Notes: a model not told the origin generated them from the sequence alone. A stretch of DNA of 63,108 nt, filler included, from Octopus bimaculoides (GCF_001194135.2; 9 parts of 9 records of this genome joined end to end with filler, not necessarily neighbours in it), one strand, 5' to 3'; counted from the whole stretch's first letter, positions 40,785 to 53,670 are shown. Translations and numbers: made by a program.

Positions 40785-41410
40785 CACTATTGGTGGTTCT
40801 TAACTGTCACTTCATCATTGTTTTACTTTGCTTTTGTTCCTTTCTCGGGTTATTTGTGTTGAAATTGTGGCTAGAAATTAAGTTTTTGGCTAGAGTATTG
40901 GTTTCTATTTGCTTTGTTCATTTACAGAGAGACAAAATCCAGACAAGCCTTTATATATGGCATTATAGCATGTATATGATTTACATAAGTTGTTTAACAA
41001 ATGTAAACGTAAATGCATTTGTTGAATAGAAATTTCTAGATAGAGCTTTACGTCTGTTTCAAAATTTCAGCGATTGGCTGGTATAATAATGAGAATTACT
41101 CAGATGGGTGTGCATAGAGCTGCAATAATTACACAACAAAGAAGCAGAAATTATTATCAACACGTAAACAGGAAACATTAATATGTTCAAACAGGAAGCA
41201 GTGAAGCGCTGGATTTTCTCTTCAGAAGGCATAAAGGTAGTGTGGCAAAATGCGAATCTTATAGCAGTAAACAGATATTTAAGAGTATAGAAACATCAAT
41301 AAAAAAACAGTGATAGGAAGAAAGGTTGTGAGATCAGACCAAGATATAAGGAAAGTGTTCATCTTTTGTTATATACACTGTTCGGAATTATTGGTTATAA
41401 CTAATAATAA

Positions 41411-41436
41411 AGAACCACAAATATATTTGTGGTTCT
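41411..41436. repeat. Perfect 26-bp palindrome
   Basis: AGAACCACAAATA|TATTTGTGGTTCT. Confidence 0.95.
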
Positions 41437-42116
41437 CTATTTTTGGTTATACTTCATGTTTGGATACATTACTGATTGTTGGTTCTGTGTATTGAAAACG
41501 ATGGTTTTGATGTTATATATCATATTTTTGAAAGAACACCGAGACGATATATTGAAATGGTATTTTGATAAAATGCCCAGGCAGAATGTTTCAAACGATA
41601 TACATCGGAATAGATATACGTTTAAGGGATATTTACTTGAAAGAATGCTGAAACGAAATATTCAAAGGATATTTTTGAAAGAAGTCTGCGACCAAATATT
41701 TAAAACGATATTCTGGAAGTCATATATATTTAAAGAATATTTCGAAAAAACGATGAGACGAAATCTGTTGAGGATATTTTGAAGGTAAGTAAAAAAGAAA
41801 AACATAGAAAGAAAAATTATCAGCAAATTGTACGAGAATTTCAAAATGAAAATGATGTCAGTAATAGAGAAAGTATACGCTGAAATGTGCGTATGTGAAA
41901 GTGAACAGGAGTATGTCTAATGTATTCCTCATACTGTGATTGCCAGGAATTATCTACCTAAGAATAACGAGAAAGAACGAAATAGACAGATAGATAGATA
42001 CATTTCTGTTATTAGCCACACAGGGCTCAACGAAGATGGGACAAATACAATGTAGAGCTTTTCTTTTTGGGAGGGAGAAGGAAGGAAAAAGAAAAAGTGG
42101 TGGTGTCGATCAAAAG

Positions 42117-42117
42117 G

Positions 42118-42174
<57 letters not shown>

Positions 42175-42301
42175 TCAGCTAGGTAGGCAAGCAGGGAGAC
42201 AGACAGACAGACTGACTGTCAGACAGACTGACTGACAACCAAACTGACTGACAGACAGACTGATTGACAGACAGACAGACAGACAGACAGGTAGCTAGGT
42301 T

Positions 42302-42363
<62 letters not shown>

Positions 42364-42365
42364 CA
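42117..42365. repeat. (GATA)n/(GACA)n compound microsatellite
   Basis: Direct reading. Confidence 0.95.
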
Positions 42366-42413
42366 GAGTTGTGAATTAGTGTTTGGAAAAATAGAAATAA
42401 GTACTCAAAAAAT

Positions 42414-42668
42414 GTGGAGGCGCGTGGCCTAGTGGTTAAGGTGTCAGCACTATGATCGTAAGATTGTGGTTTCGATTCCTGGACCGGGCGACGCGTTGTG
42501 TTCTTGAGTAAAACACTTCATTCCACGTTGTTCCAGTCCATTCAACTGGCAAAAATGAGTAACGATGCGATGGACTGGCGTACCGTCCAGTTGGGGAACT
42601 CATGCGCCATTGAAACCGGGAAACCGGGCTCATGAGGCTGGCTAGGCTTTAAAAGCGCGCATTTATTT
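42414..42668 (+). mobile_element. tRNA-derived SINE, family C
   Basis: GTGGAGGCGCGTGGCCTAGTGGTTAAGG..GGTTTCGATTCC..CTTGAGTAAAACACTT..GATGGACTGGCGT. Confidence 0.8.
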
Positions 42669-43263
42669 ATTTTTTACTCAAAATAAATGCAGTATATAGA
42701 TATTTAAAGTACATTTTAAACCATTTTCCGTAGCTACCAAGTATTTCGCCAAACTCTTATGATAGACAAGGGTTGTTATTATATATATAACATAAACAAG
42801 TGTGGAAACAATAAGGTCTATTAGTGTATAGTGGAAAAGAATTACAATTACGTATAAATACACATACGTGTTTCTACATACGTAATAGACACATATACAG
42901 GCGTAATTATAACCTCTAGTTCAGGTGATGAAATTTCAAATTTTGGGGGAAATATGCAATCACATTAATAGCTTTATGTTTAAAGACAATAAACTGCCTG
43001 GCAGTAAAAACAAATTTGAAATAACAAGCTTTATTTTTTTTTATATGTTTTGCAAAAAATTTGAAAAGTTCCCTGTCATATATTAAGACTCTGATGTGCA
43101 AGAAGGGACACAGCTTTACTAAACCCACTTGGCTAAGCTGGGTACTTCCCCTTAGATCAAGAATTTCTGAGTTTCTTATATAGGGGGTAGGAGTTTGGGA
43201 AGTTGAAAAAAATGAGAATACAAATGTTCTATTTGGTGGTGAGAGAATTACGTTAATAAAGAC

Positions 43264-43323
<60 letters not shown>

Positions 43324-43339
43324 GAAGAGAAAGAGGAGG

Positions 43340-43525
43340 AGGAGAATATCGTTGGCACGCTTGACAAAATGCTTAGCGGCATTTCGTCCGTCCTTACATT
43401 CTGAAATCAAATTCCGACAAAGTAGACATTGTTTTTCATCATTTCATGTTCGATAAAATATGTATCATTTGATAACTACAGTTGGAATCGACTATCCTGC
43501 TGGCCTCATACCAAAATTTGAAACC
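43340..43525 (+). mobile_element. SINE family B, diverged
   Basis: AAAATGCTTAGCGGCATTTCGTCCG head and CCAAAATTTGAAACC tail. Confidence 0.6.
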
Positions 43526-43563
43526 TTTATCAACGTTATTATTATTATTATTATTATTATTAA

Positions 43564-43597
<34 letters not shown>

Positions 43598-43599
<2 letters not shown>

Positions 43600-44732
43600 T
43601 TAGTCTTATTTTTATCACTTGCTTTCACTGCACTACCGAGCACAGCTCTGTGTGCCCTGGGTATGTGTAGTGTTTGGTTGTGATGCTCTTAACTTTACTG
43701 CATTGAAAGTGTTTTACGTAGGGTGCCTATTAGTGCTATTTTCTGTTGGTTATATATATTTGTAAGTCCTGGTGTTTTTGTTATGTATTTGTCTGAATAA
43801 TTTTTTATCATACCAAATTCACCTACTATAATAGGAATTGTTTCTGTTTTTACTCTCCATATTCGAGTTACCTCTGTTTCCAGGCCTTCGTATTTTGAAA
43901 TTTTCTTCGTTTCTTTTAGAAGAACATTGTTATCTGTTGGTATTGACACATCGATTAGAAAGCATTTTTTTTTTCTTGGTGATCTCTGACAACTATATCC
44001 GGCCTATAGGCCTTAATTTCTCTATCTGTGTGTATTGGTATATCCCAGTGTATGGTTGCTTTCTCATTTTCTGTGACCTTCTCTGACGTGTACCTATACC
44101 ATCTTTTTTCTATTGTTATTCCATATGTCTGTGAATGTATTCCTTCTTAGACTGGACTGGGCAGCCAAAGACAATATGATTTATTGTTTCTCCTTCATCT
44201 CCACATATTCTGCAGTTACTTGAATTCCTTTTCATTACGTTTTTGATAATTCATGGTTGGAAGGCTTTAGTCTTGTGCTGCAATTAAAAATCCTTCAGTC
44301 TTTACTTTTAGTCCTGAGCTTCTCAGCCATTGTTGGGATTTTGCTATGTCTTATTCTTTTCTGTTTAGTTTATCCCAGTATTTGCCATGAAGGAGCTTTT
44401 CTTGCCATCGTTTTTTTCATGATTCCTTGCTGTTCCAGATTTAGCTTGGATTTCAGTTGTTTTACATATCTCGTTGTTTCTTCTTTTTCTTCATAGTTGT
44501 TAGGTACTGACTTCTTTTTGTATTTGTCAGCTTCTTTACAGACTGAAAATAGTTATTTGTTTTGTTCATGTTTTGTGGATATTTCTATTAGTTTCCTTGC
44601 TTCTGAGGTAGGCATTTCTGTAGTTCTATGGTGATTACTTTGTAATAGTTTTCTAGTTGTATAAGGCCTCTACCACCTTCGATACGTTGCATGTATAACT
44701 TTTCTTTCTCAAGCATTTGTATGCTTGGCTTC
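43598..44732 (-). mobile_element. R4/Dong-like LINE 3' part with intact 3' end
   Basis: LYMQRIEGGRGLIQLE; HRPDI; MSIPTD..KISKYEGLE..QKIALIGTLRKTLS; then 3'UTR and (AAT)n tail. Confidence 0.85.
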
Positions 44733-44813
44733 ATTATTATTAATATTATTATTATTATTATTATGATTATTATTATTATTATCATTATTATTATTATTGT
44801 TATTATTATTATT

Positions 44814-44850
<37 letters not shown>

Positions 44851-45150
44851 TTAAGGCCACAGGCAGTACTTTACGCAATAGACTTGTAGTTCCAAGTAAT
44901 GCCGATTTTTGCAATACACCTAAATCGTAGGGTATTTCTAATGTTTCCACATGTTTTTCAGATTGGATGGTATGGAACCCAATGCTCAATTCTCAATTCT
45001 CAGGTGTTAGTGATTTCAATTCTCCGGTCTCAATATTTCTCTTTCTTTCATGATAATATGTTGATGTCTTGGCACTGCCTTTTCGATTATTAGAAACTCT
45101 TGTTTGTCCCTACTAAAGGTTACTATATCCGGTCTTCGGTGCCCTAACAC
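44851..45150 (-). mobile_element. R4/Dong-like LINE RLE fragment
   Basis: RRPDIV..LGSIPSNLKKHVETLEIPYDLGVLQKSALLGTTSLLRKVL. Confidence 0.8.
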
Positions 45151-45896
45151 CTTGTCTGTCTGGAAGTCAAAATATATTTCTGACAGATTGCAATCTACAT
45201 AAGGCCGCTTCCATTTAGCTTTTGTGTAATAAAAATAATCGGAGTTGGCTTTTGGAAAAGGTATTATAAAATCAGTGATTACGTTTCTTACGTTTCTTGT
45301 TAATTCATTTAAATGTCATTTGGGAATATAACTTTTTAAATATCATATATTATTACCGAAACTGCTAGTGTATTGATGCCTCTTACTTTACTTTCAATAC
45401 TTAGCTCTTTTTAAGTATTAATATAATGCGTCTACAATAGTCTGTCTTAATCTTTTCTTTCATTTGTAAATGTGTTGTTTTATATCTTGTTTACTAATTT
45501 CCAAATATCTTTATAATCTGCCTTTGGTGTAATTCTCTTATCTTAGTTCTATTACCGAATATTAGTAGCGTGTGTGTGTGTGTGTGCGTGCGTGTGTGTG
45601 TGAGTGTGTGTGTGCGTGTGTGTGTGTACTAAATCCTTATGTCGTTCATGTTATACTTTTATACACATACATAAGTATACAAGTATATACATGTATGCAT
45701 GGATAAATGTCTATATATGTGTGCGTGAGTGTGTGTATATATGTATACGTATATATATATATATGTATGTATATATATANNNNNNNNNNATATATGCATA
45801 AATATATATGTATATATTATATACATATATTATATATATATGTGTGTGTGCATGTATATATATATATATACATATGTATATATGTGTGTGCGTGTG

Positions 45897-45934
<38 letters not shown>

Positions 45935-47627
45935 TATGTATATATATGCGAGTGTGCACGCACGCTGACCGATACTTTTCTCTAAATTTGTCAAAATTCA
46001 CCCGATCTGTTGGTGATACTATTGTTGTCGCAGTTGTTATTGTTGCTAGAACCTGGTAAGCTGTAATCTAGCAGACTTACAATCACAGGTCTTGCAGCTG
46101 TGGCCAACAGCATTTTTTGTTGCTTTTTCAAAATTATTCTTTGATTGTTTCTTTGAATTTCTTCGGTATTTTCCAGACAAATCCTACATATAACGACTTA
46201 TTATATTCTCTTTTTTTTTCTTAAGAAACAAAAGTGTAAAGGAGAAAGTTATGGATACTTTTTAGAGCAGGAGAATGCTTTCTCGTTAGCTCATTTCACA
46301 TTCAACGTTATACCTCAATGAAATATTCTCGTTGCTACGACACGATACCAGCACATAGCTGGTACTTTTATTTTATATACTCAGTGTTAGTAATAAATAG
46401 AATTGATTGCAGGCTGATTTCAGCTCTGTAAATTGATTTGATTAAATATGATAAATGATTGTTCTAGCATTCTACTATTTTTACCCTTAGTATAGTGTGT
46501 CTAATTGTTATGTAGTATGAAGCATACAATATTCAACATCGCTAATTTATGTCGATACTACTTTAACACAGTATCTGTAGTCTACGCTGGGAAATGGCCT
46601 GATCTGTCTACAGATACTTCAGCCGGTTTTGTGACTTTATTTGTACGAATTTATTGTCTTTACCTTTTTTACCCTTTTAACCCTGAGTACTCATGAGTGC
46701 TCTCTGTGAAAGAGCAGAGCTTTCCCATTCGCATTTTAATTACATTTGCTGGAAAGTACTGAGAAAAGATGTAGCAAATTCATCTGTGGCATTCCTAAAT
46801 AATATACAAAGAGTGTATCGTTAGAAGATTTAAATGTAAATTGCTTGTATCAGTTATGTAACACCAATGAATTCCATGATAATAATGATCATTAATGTAC
46901 TACTTAGCATAGTTTGGGGATTATTATTTTCATGATTATGATTTCTATAAATACCTCTGTGTTATTAATAATTAATCATTATTCCACTTTCGCTTATCAT
47001 TCTGCAGTATCCAGTTCCTGTAGTGGAGGTGGAGCGCACACTCAAGTGCAAAAGTGTGCGTAGACTGCACACTAAAGCTTGCAAAAGCAATTTTAAGTAA
47101 ATGGCGTATTTCATAAAAAGCAAGAAGCTAATATTGAAAACTGAATAAATGATAGAATTGTACAAAAAGTATGATGCACATAAATATTGGGCAATAATCA
47201 AAGAAAAGGTTCAAGTAAATTAGAAGTATTTAGATTGCATAGCTTAGCATCTAATGTAATATAACTAATGCACAGAAATAATGGTTGTGATTTGGATTGA
47301 AGCCTGTTCGTTCCATTATACAAACACACACGTATACACACACATGCACATACACACACACGAATACACACACACTCATATATATATATACATGCATACA
47401 CACACATACATACATACATACATACATATATGCATACATATATACATACATATATGCGTACATACATATGCATTTAAATATCCTTTAAGTTCGTTTACAG
47501 GAAACGTTTTGAATATGCTGAAAAAAGCTTCTATTCTTTTATGCCAGGTACAGCCTAACGATGCCAACTAGCGATGCCAGTTTTTTGGGGTCGCACCGAG
47601 CTGTGACAGTATAATGTAGGTAAATAC

Positions 47628-47878
<251 letters not shown>

Positions 47879-47910
47879 TCCTAGGACGGAATTTATAAAT
47901 ATTTTAATAT

Positions 47911-48068
47911 GCATTCGTTGCTGTGTGGTAAGAAGCTTGCTTCCCAACCACGTGCTTCTGGGTTCAGCTACACTGCGTGGTACTTGGGCAAGTGTCTTCT
48001 ACTAAATAACTCTGGCCGACCAAAGCCTTTCAGTGGATTTGGAAGACGGAAACTGAAAGAAGCCTCTA
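47911..48068 (+). mobile_element. SINE family A
   Basis: GCTGTGTGGTAAGAAGCTTGCTTCCCAACCAC..CTTGGGCAAGTGTCTTCTAC..GGAAACTGAAAGAAGCC. Confidence 0.8.
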
Positions 48069-48630
48069 GTATTATATATATAGGTATGTATGTATGTAAA
48101 TATATTATAGGAGTCGTTCGAAACGGCCGTAATGAATTGACACTTATACATCTTTGTTACTCATAACTTGAGACATACGGGTTGGCAACATGAAGGGCAC
48201 CCGACCGTAGAAAATTAGCATGGAAAACTGGAAATTAAATGATGAGGATTATGATGTTGAAAATTATGATAATTTTTTTGTAATTTTTAAAAATTTTATA
48301 AACCTTATATGTGTGAGCGCACGCATACACGCGTCTATATAAGTATATTTGTATATTGGTACAGGTGCATATGTGTGTTTATGTATGAGTATGCATGTGT
48401 ATCTGACTGTGTGTGCGCAGGTCTTTGGGCGCATGTATGTTTTATTTATATAATGTATATACAGTATAGATCTACCCTAGTTTATCTACCTTTTCATGAC
48501 TCGTAGCCCCTCCACACCACAAGGGTGTTGTAGGATTTTGCTAGGCTGATATGTGGATAAAAACAAACTCGTAAGCATACACACACACTCATACACGCAC
48601 ACGCACGCACGCACACGTGTATATGTATAT

Positions 48631-48662
<32 letters not shown>

Positions 48663-48767
48663 GTATANNNNNNNNNNNNNNNNNNNNNNNNNNNNNNNNN
48701 NNNNNNNNNNNTTAATTAATTAANNNNNNNNNNNNNNNNNNNNNNNNNNNNNNNNNNNNNNNNNNNN

Positions 48768-49072
48768 ACTTTGCCTTTCATCCTTTCGGGGTCGATAAAT
48801 TAAGTACCAGTTACGCACTGGGGTCGATGTAATCGACTTAATCCGTTCGTCTGTTCTTGTTTGTTCCCTCTATGTTTAGCCCCTTGTGGGCAATAACGAA
48901 ATAGGTATTTCGTCTGTCTTTACATTCTGAGTTCAAATTCCGCCGAGGTCGACTTTGCCTTTCATCCTATCGGGGTCGATTAATTAAGTACTAGTTGCGT
49001 ACTGGGGTAGATTTAATCGACTGGTCCCCTCCCCCCAAAATTTGTGTCCTTGTGCCTAGAGTAGAAAAGAAT
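48768..49072 (+). mobile_element. SINE family B, dimeric copy (5' end in gap)
   Basis: Two central-domain units joined at ..GCAATAACGAAATA|GGTATTTCGTCTG. Confidence 0.85.
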
Positions 49073-49088
49073 ATATCTAGGCAACATT

Positions 49089-49270
49089 GTGAGGACGCAT
49101 GACCTAGTGGTGTGGTTGTTGCACACACGATAGCTAGATCGTGGTTTCGATTCCTGACAGGGTGGGGCGTTGTGTTTTGCAACAAAACACTTCATCTCAC
49201 GTTGATCTGCGATCACTTCAACACCTGATACGTGGTACACCGTGCACCTGTTCAGACAATGTCAATTTGA
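49089..49270 (+). mobile_element. tRNA-derived SINE, family C
   Basis: GACCTAGTGG..GTGGTTTCGATTCC..AAAACACTTCAT. Confidence 0.65.
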
Positions 49271-49304
49271 TGGAGAGAGAGAGAGAGAGAGAGAGCTCAC
49301 CGCC

Positions 49305-49339
<35 letters not shown>

Positions 49340-49341
<2 letters not shown>

Positions 49342-49512
49342 TCCTTTCTGCTATAGGCACAAGGCCTAAAATTATGGAGGAGAGCACAGTCGATTACGTC
49401 GACCCTAATACTCAACTGGTATTTATTTTATCGACCCCGGAAAGATGAAAGGCAACGTCGACCTCGGCGGAATTTGAACTCAGAACACGAAGACAGACGA
49501 AATACCGCTAAC
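49340..49512 (-). mobile_element. SINE family B, 5'-truncated
   Basis: ATCCTTTCTGCTATAGGCACAAGGCC..GAAATACCGCTAA. Confidence 0.8.
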
Positions 49513-49548
49513 CAAATATACATATATGGGAAAGAAAAGAGAAAGAAA

Positions 49549-49805
49549 AAAAGCTTCTGACACTGGAAAGTTTTACAAAAATCCTTATATTTCAGGCGCA
49601 AAGGCCCATCGTCAGAAGGAAACATTCTGGGAAATGTCCAGTTATACAACTGTTGGAGAGTAACTGCTACTGCTGCTAGCATAATGTCAAGGAGTTTGAG
49701 TAGAGTAACAGAACTTCTGTAAGTGGACTGTTTACTTATGAGGATGGGCCTTTGCGCCTGAAATATGAAGGTCTTTATAAAACTTCCCGCATTGTCAGAA
49801 GCTTT
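49549..49805. repeat. Inverted repeat pair (~70-bp arms, 24-bp perfect core) with hammerhead-like cores
   Basis: 49587-49610 is the exact reverse complement of 49743-49766, and the outer arms continue imperfectly to TGTCAGAAGCTTT. Confidence 0.85.
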
Positions 49806-51099
49806 CTTATTTTCCCTTTTCTTTCCCTTCTTCGGTACTACAATGCTTGAAGCGAACTACAACGCTCATATGCATGTGTTATANNNNNNNNNNNNNNNNN
49901 NNNNNNNNNNNNNNNNNNNNNNNNNNNNNNNNNNNNNNNNNNNNNNNNNNNNNNNNNNNNNNNNNNNNNNNNNNNNNNNNNNNNNNNNNNNNNNNNNNNN
50001 NNNNNNNNNNNNNNNNNNNNNNNNNNNNNNNNNNNNNNNNNNNNNNNNNNNNNNNNNNNNNNNNNNNNNNNNNNNNNNNNNNNNNNNNNNNNNNNNNNNN
50101 NNNNNNNNNNNNNNNNNNNNNNNNNNNNNNNNNNNNNNNNNNNNNNNNNNNNNNNNNNNNNNNNNNNNNNNNNNNNNNNNNNNNNNNNNNNNNNNNNNNN
50201 NNNNNNNNNNNNNNNNNNNNNNNNNNNNNNNNNNNNNNNNNNNNNNNNNNNNNNNNNNNNNNNNNNNNNNNNNNNNNNNNNNNNNNNNNNNNNNNNNNNN
50301 NNNNNNNNNNNNNNNNNNNNNNNNNNNNNNNNNNNNNNNNNNNNNNNNNNNNNNNNNNNNNNNNNNNNNNNNNNNNNNNNNNNNNNNNNNNNNNNNNNNN
50401 NNNNNNNNNNNNNNNNNNNNNNNNNNNNNNNNNNNNNNNNNNNNNNNNNNNNNNNNNNNNNNNNNNNNNNNNNNNNNNNNNNNNNNNNNNNNNNNNNNNN
50501 NNNNNNNNNNNNNNNNNNNNNNNNNNNNNNNNNNNNNNNNNNNNNNNNNNNNNNNNNNNNNNNNNNNNNNNNNNNNNNNNNNNNNNNNNNNNNNNNNNNN
50601 NNNNNNNNNNNNNNNNNNNNNNNNNNNNNNNNNNNNNNNNNNNNNNNNNNNNNNNNNNNNNNNNNNNNNNNNNNNNNNNNNNNNNNNNNNNNNNNNNNNN
50701 NNNNNNNNNNNNNNNNNNNNNNNNNNNNNNNNNNNNNNNNNNNNNNNNNNNNNNNNNNNNNNNNNNNNNNNNNNNNNNNNNNNNNNNNNNNNNNNNNNNN
50801 NNNNNNTATATATATATACTAAAAGCAGGTCCCCAGGTTCATGAGTTGCCTGTGGCTAAACAACAACGAAAATAATACCATATTCATAATGGTTTTAGCA
50901 AGCCATTAAAGACAAGCTGCTACTGGACATTAGCATTGATGAACAAGGAATCCTGCTCTCGTAGCTAATGCTATTGTTTAATATAAGATAATCCATAGAC
51001 TGACCAACACCAAATTATGCGTAATTATTGTTCAAACAATGGCCATTGTGTCTATTGTCTATCTGCATATCTATCTACGTAATATCATTTTCGTATGTG

Positions 51100-51245
51100 A
51101 GGTTGGTAGAGCATTTGGACTGTCAGATCATTTTGCAATGTTCGTTTCGTCTCTCTGCGTTTTGAGTTCAAACCCTGGAGAAGTCAACTTCGCCTTTCAT
51201 TTTATTTAGAGCCATCAAATAAATTACCAGGCCAGTACTGTGGTA
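51100..51245 (+). mobile_element. SINE family B, decayed
   Basis: TTTGAGTTCAAA..CTTCGCCTTTCAT..AAATTACCAG. Confidence 0.5.
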
Positions 51246-51733
51246 GATTCCTTTCTCATTCAGCAATAAGTAGGCTGCGATCAGGCTTGGAGAATGTTTG
51301 GTCTCGGTTACATTTTAAATGGCCCAGATGTGCCGTATAATGCAACGGCTCCACAAGGAAGCGTTGAGCGTGTGTATGTATATACATGTATATACGTATA
51401 CACATACATACACACACACACACACACGTGTGTGCGCACCCGCGTGCATGTGTGTGTGTGATGTATGAGAAACAATAAATGAAATACACGAGACTGTTCA
51501 GAATCATTTATGATCGTTTCGATCCAGCACGCGTCGGTTCTGAATAAAGAGTCTCACGAATTCCATTTTATGTCTCTCATATGTTTTATATAAACTCTAC
51601 GAACCCAAAGGAATTCCTGAAGCAAATCTAGTGGCATATACCTTCTTACTGTTGTTGACACCAGGTACCCGAATATTATGCACGGGCTTTAAACAATATA
51701 CAGCAAGGTGTATACTCGAATATAAAATTAATG

Positions 51734-51870
51734 AAGGCACATGGCTCAGTGGTTAGAGCGTTGAGTTCACAGTCATGAAGTAGTGAGTTCGATTCTCGGA
51801 CCGGGCTGCGTGTTGTGTTTTTGAGCAAGACACTTTATTTTCACGTTGCGCCAGTTCCCTCATCTGTAGG
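51734..51870 (+). mobile_element. tRNA-derived SINE, family C-like
   Basis: GGCTCAGTGGTTAGAGCG..GAGTTCGATTCTC..TTGAGCAAGACACTT. Confidence 0.7.
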
Positions 51871-51922
51871 ATTTCTGAACTTCGGTATGTGGTGAAGCAA
51901 CTGTTGCTCTTCCCTTAATTAT

Positions 51923-51956
<34 letters not shown>

Positions 51957-52229
51957 NNNNNNNNNNNNNNNNNNNNNNNNNNNNNNNNNNNNNNNNNNNN
52001 TTAATTAATTAANNNNNNNNNNNNNNNNNNNNNNNNNNNNNNNNNNNNNNNNNNNNCATAACACACCAGCACTGACCAATTCCCATCTCCATATTTTCAC
52101 ACCTACACATCAAGATCACCAGCACTCTCTTACACACGGGCACCTTCATTTAGGGATCACTACTACTTGTTATCTCTCCTTCTTCTTAACTCTCCTGTGT
52201 GACCCTTCTGTCCGACATTCGCCATGATA

Positions 52230-52404
52230 GATCGCTAACCACTACACACGTTTTTTCTCTCTTTGTTTCTTTCTGTGTTCCTTTCTGTGGAAGAGCTTAG
52301 GCTCGAAACGTTAAAGACTTTTTCAATTCCCGAGCGTTATACTAATACATCTGTTTGTTTTCTACACCACCTGTCTTCGTCTGTTGTTTTTCGTGACTTC
52401 TCCC
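52230..52404 (+). mobile_element. Penelope-like terminal repeat remnant
   Basis: Second copy of the 655-823 repeat. Confidence 0.55.
52281..52316 (+). ncRNA. Minimal Penelope-type hammerhead variant
   Basis: CUUU CUGUGGA A GAGC UUAG GCUC GAAA C GUU^AAAG; same repeat family as the copy at 697-733. Confidence 0.5.
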
Positions 52405-53619
52405 TGTACGTATGTATGCAAATATTTGTGTGTGTTTTTTGTGTTTGTTTGCCAGCCCCTACTGCTTGACAAGCGTCGTTGGTTTGCTTACGTCCCCATA
52501 ACTTAGCAGTAGCAGAAAAACGTACATACATACATACATACATACATACATACATACATAAGTGAACTGTATTACTGTTCGACCAAACCCTTCAGCATTG
52601 TACCACAGCATAGCCGCGGTGCAATGACTAAAATAAGTAAAACGGAAAAGAGATCAAAGATATGACAGAAGTACTTAGATACACCGTTTTTCTGTGAAGA
52701 GGGTCCGTTCAAATTTCTGAGTAAGAGTCAAATTATATACAATTCAGATTATATAAGAGTACAGCTTAAACTGAAAGTCTGTATTAGTGGATGTTAATAT
52801 TTTTTCTCTGCATGCAATCTTGTATGCACTGGTCTATACTGGTAGGTAGCGTCTCGATTGTGTGAGCAATGCACAAGCAAANNNNNNNNNNNNNNNNNNN
52901 NNNNNNNNNNNNNNNNNNNNNNNNNNNNNNNNNNNNNNNNNNNNNNNNNNNNNNNNNNNNNNNNNNNNNNNNNNNNNNNNNNNNNNNNNNNNNNNNNNNN
53001 NNNNNNNNNNNNNNNNNNNNNNNNNNNNNNNNNNNNNNNNNNNNNNNNNNNNNNNNNNNNNNNNNNNNNNNNNNNNNNNNNNNNNNNNNNNNNNNNNNNN
53101 NNNNNNNNNNNNNNNNNNNNNNNNNNNNNNNNNNNNNNNNNNNNNNNNNNNNNNNNNNNNNNNNNNNNNNNNNNNNNNNNNNNNNNNNNNNNNNNNNNNN
53201 NNNNNNNNNNNNNNNNNNNNNNNNNNNNNNNNNNNNNNNNNNNNNNNNNNNNNNNNNNNNNNNNNNNNNNNNNNNNNNNNNNNNNNNNNNNNNNNNNNNN
53301 NNNNNNNNNNNNNNNNNNNNNNNNNNNNNNNNNNNNNNNNNNNNNNNNNNNNNNNNNNNNNNNNNNNNNNNNNNNNNNNNNNNNNNNNNNNNNNNNNNNN
53401 NNNNNNNNNNNNNNNNNNNNNNNNNNNNNNNNNNNNNNNNNNNNNNNNNNNNNNNNNNNNNNNNNNNNNNNNNNNNNNNNNNNNNNNNNNNNNNNNNNNN
53501 NNNNNNNNNNNNNNNNNNNNNNNNNNNNNNNNNNNNNNNNNNNNNNNNNNNNNNNNNNNNNNNNNNNNNNNNNNNNNNNNNNNNNNNNNNNNNNNNNNNN
53601 NNNNNNNNNNNNNNNNNNN

Positions 53620-53670
<51 letters not shown>

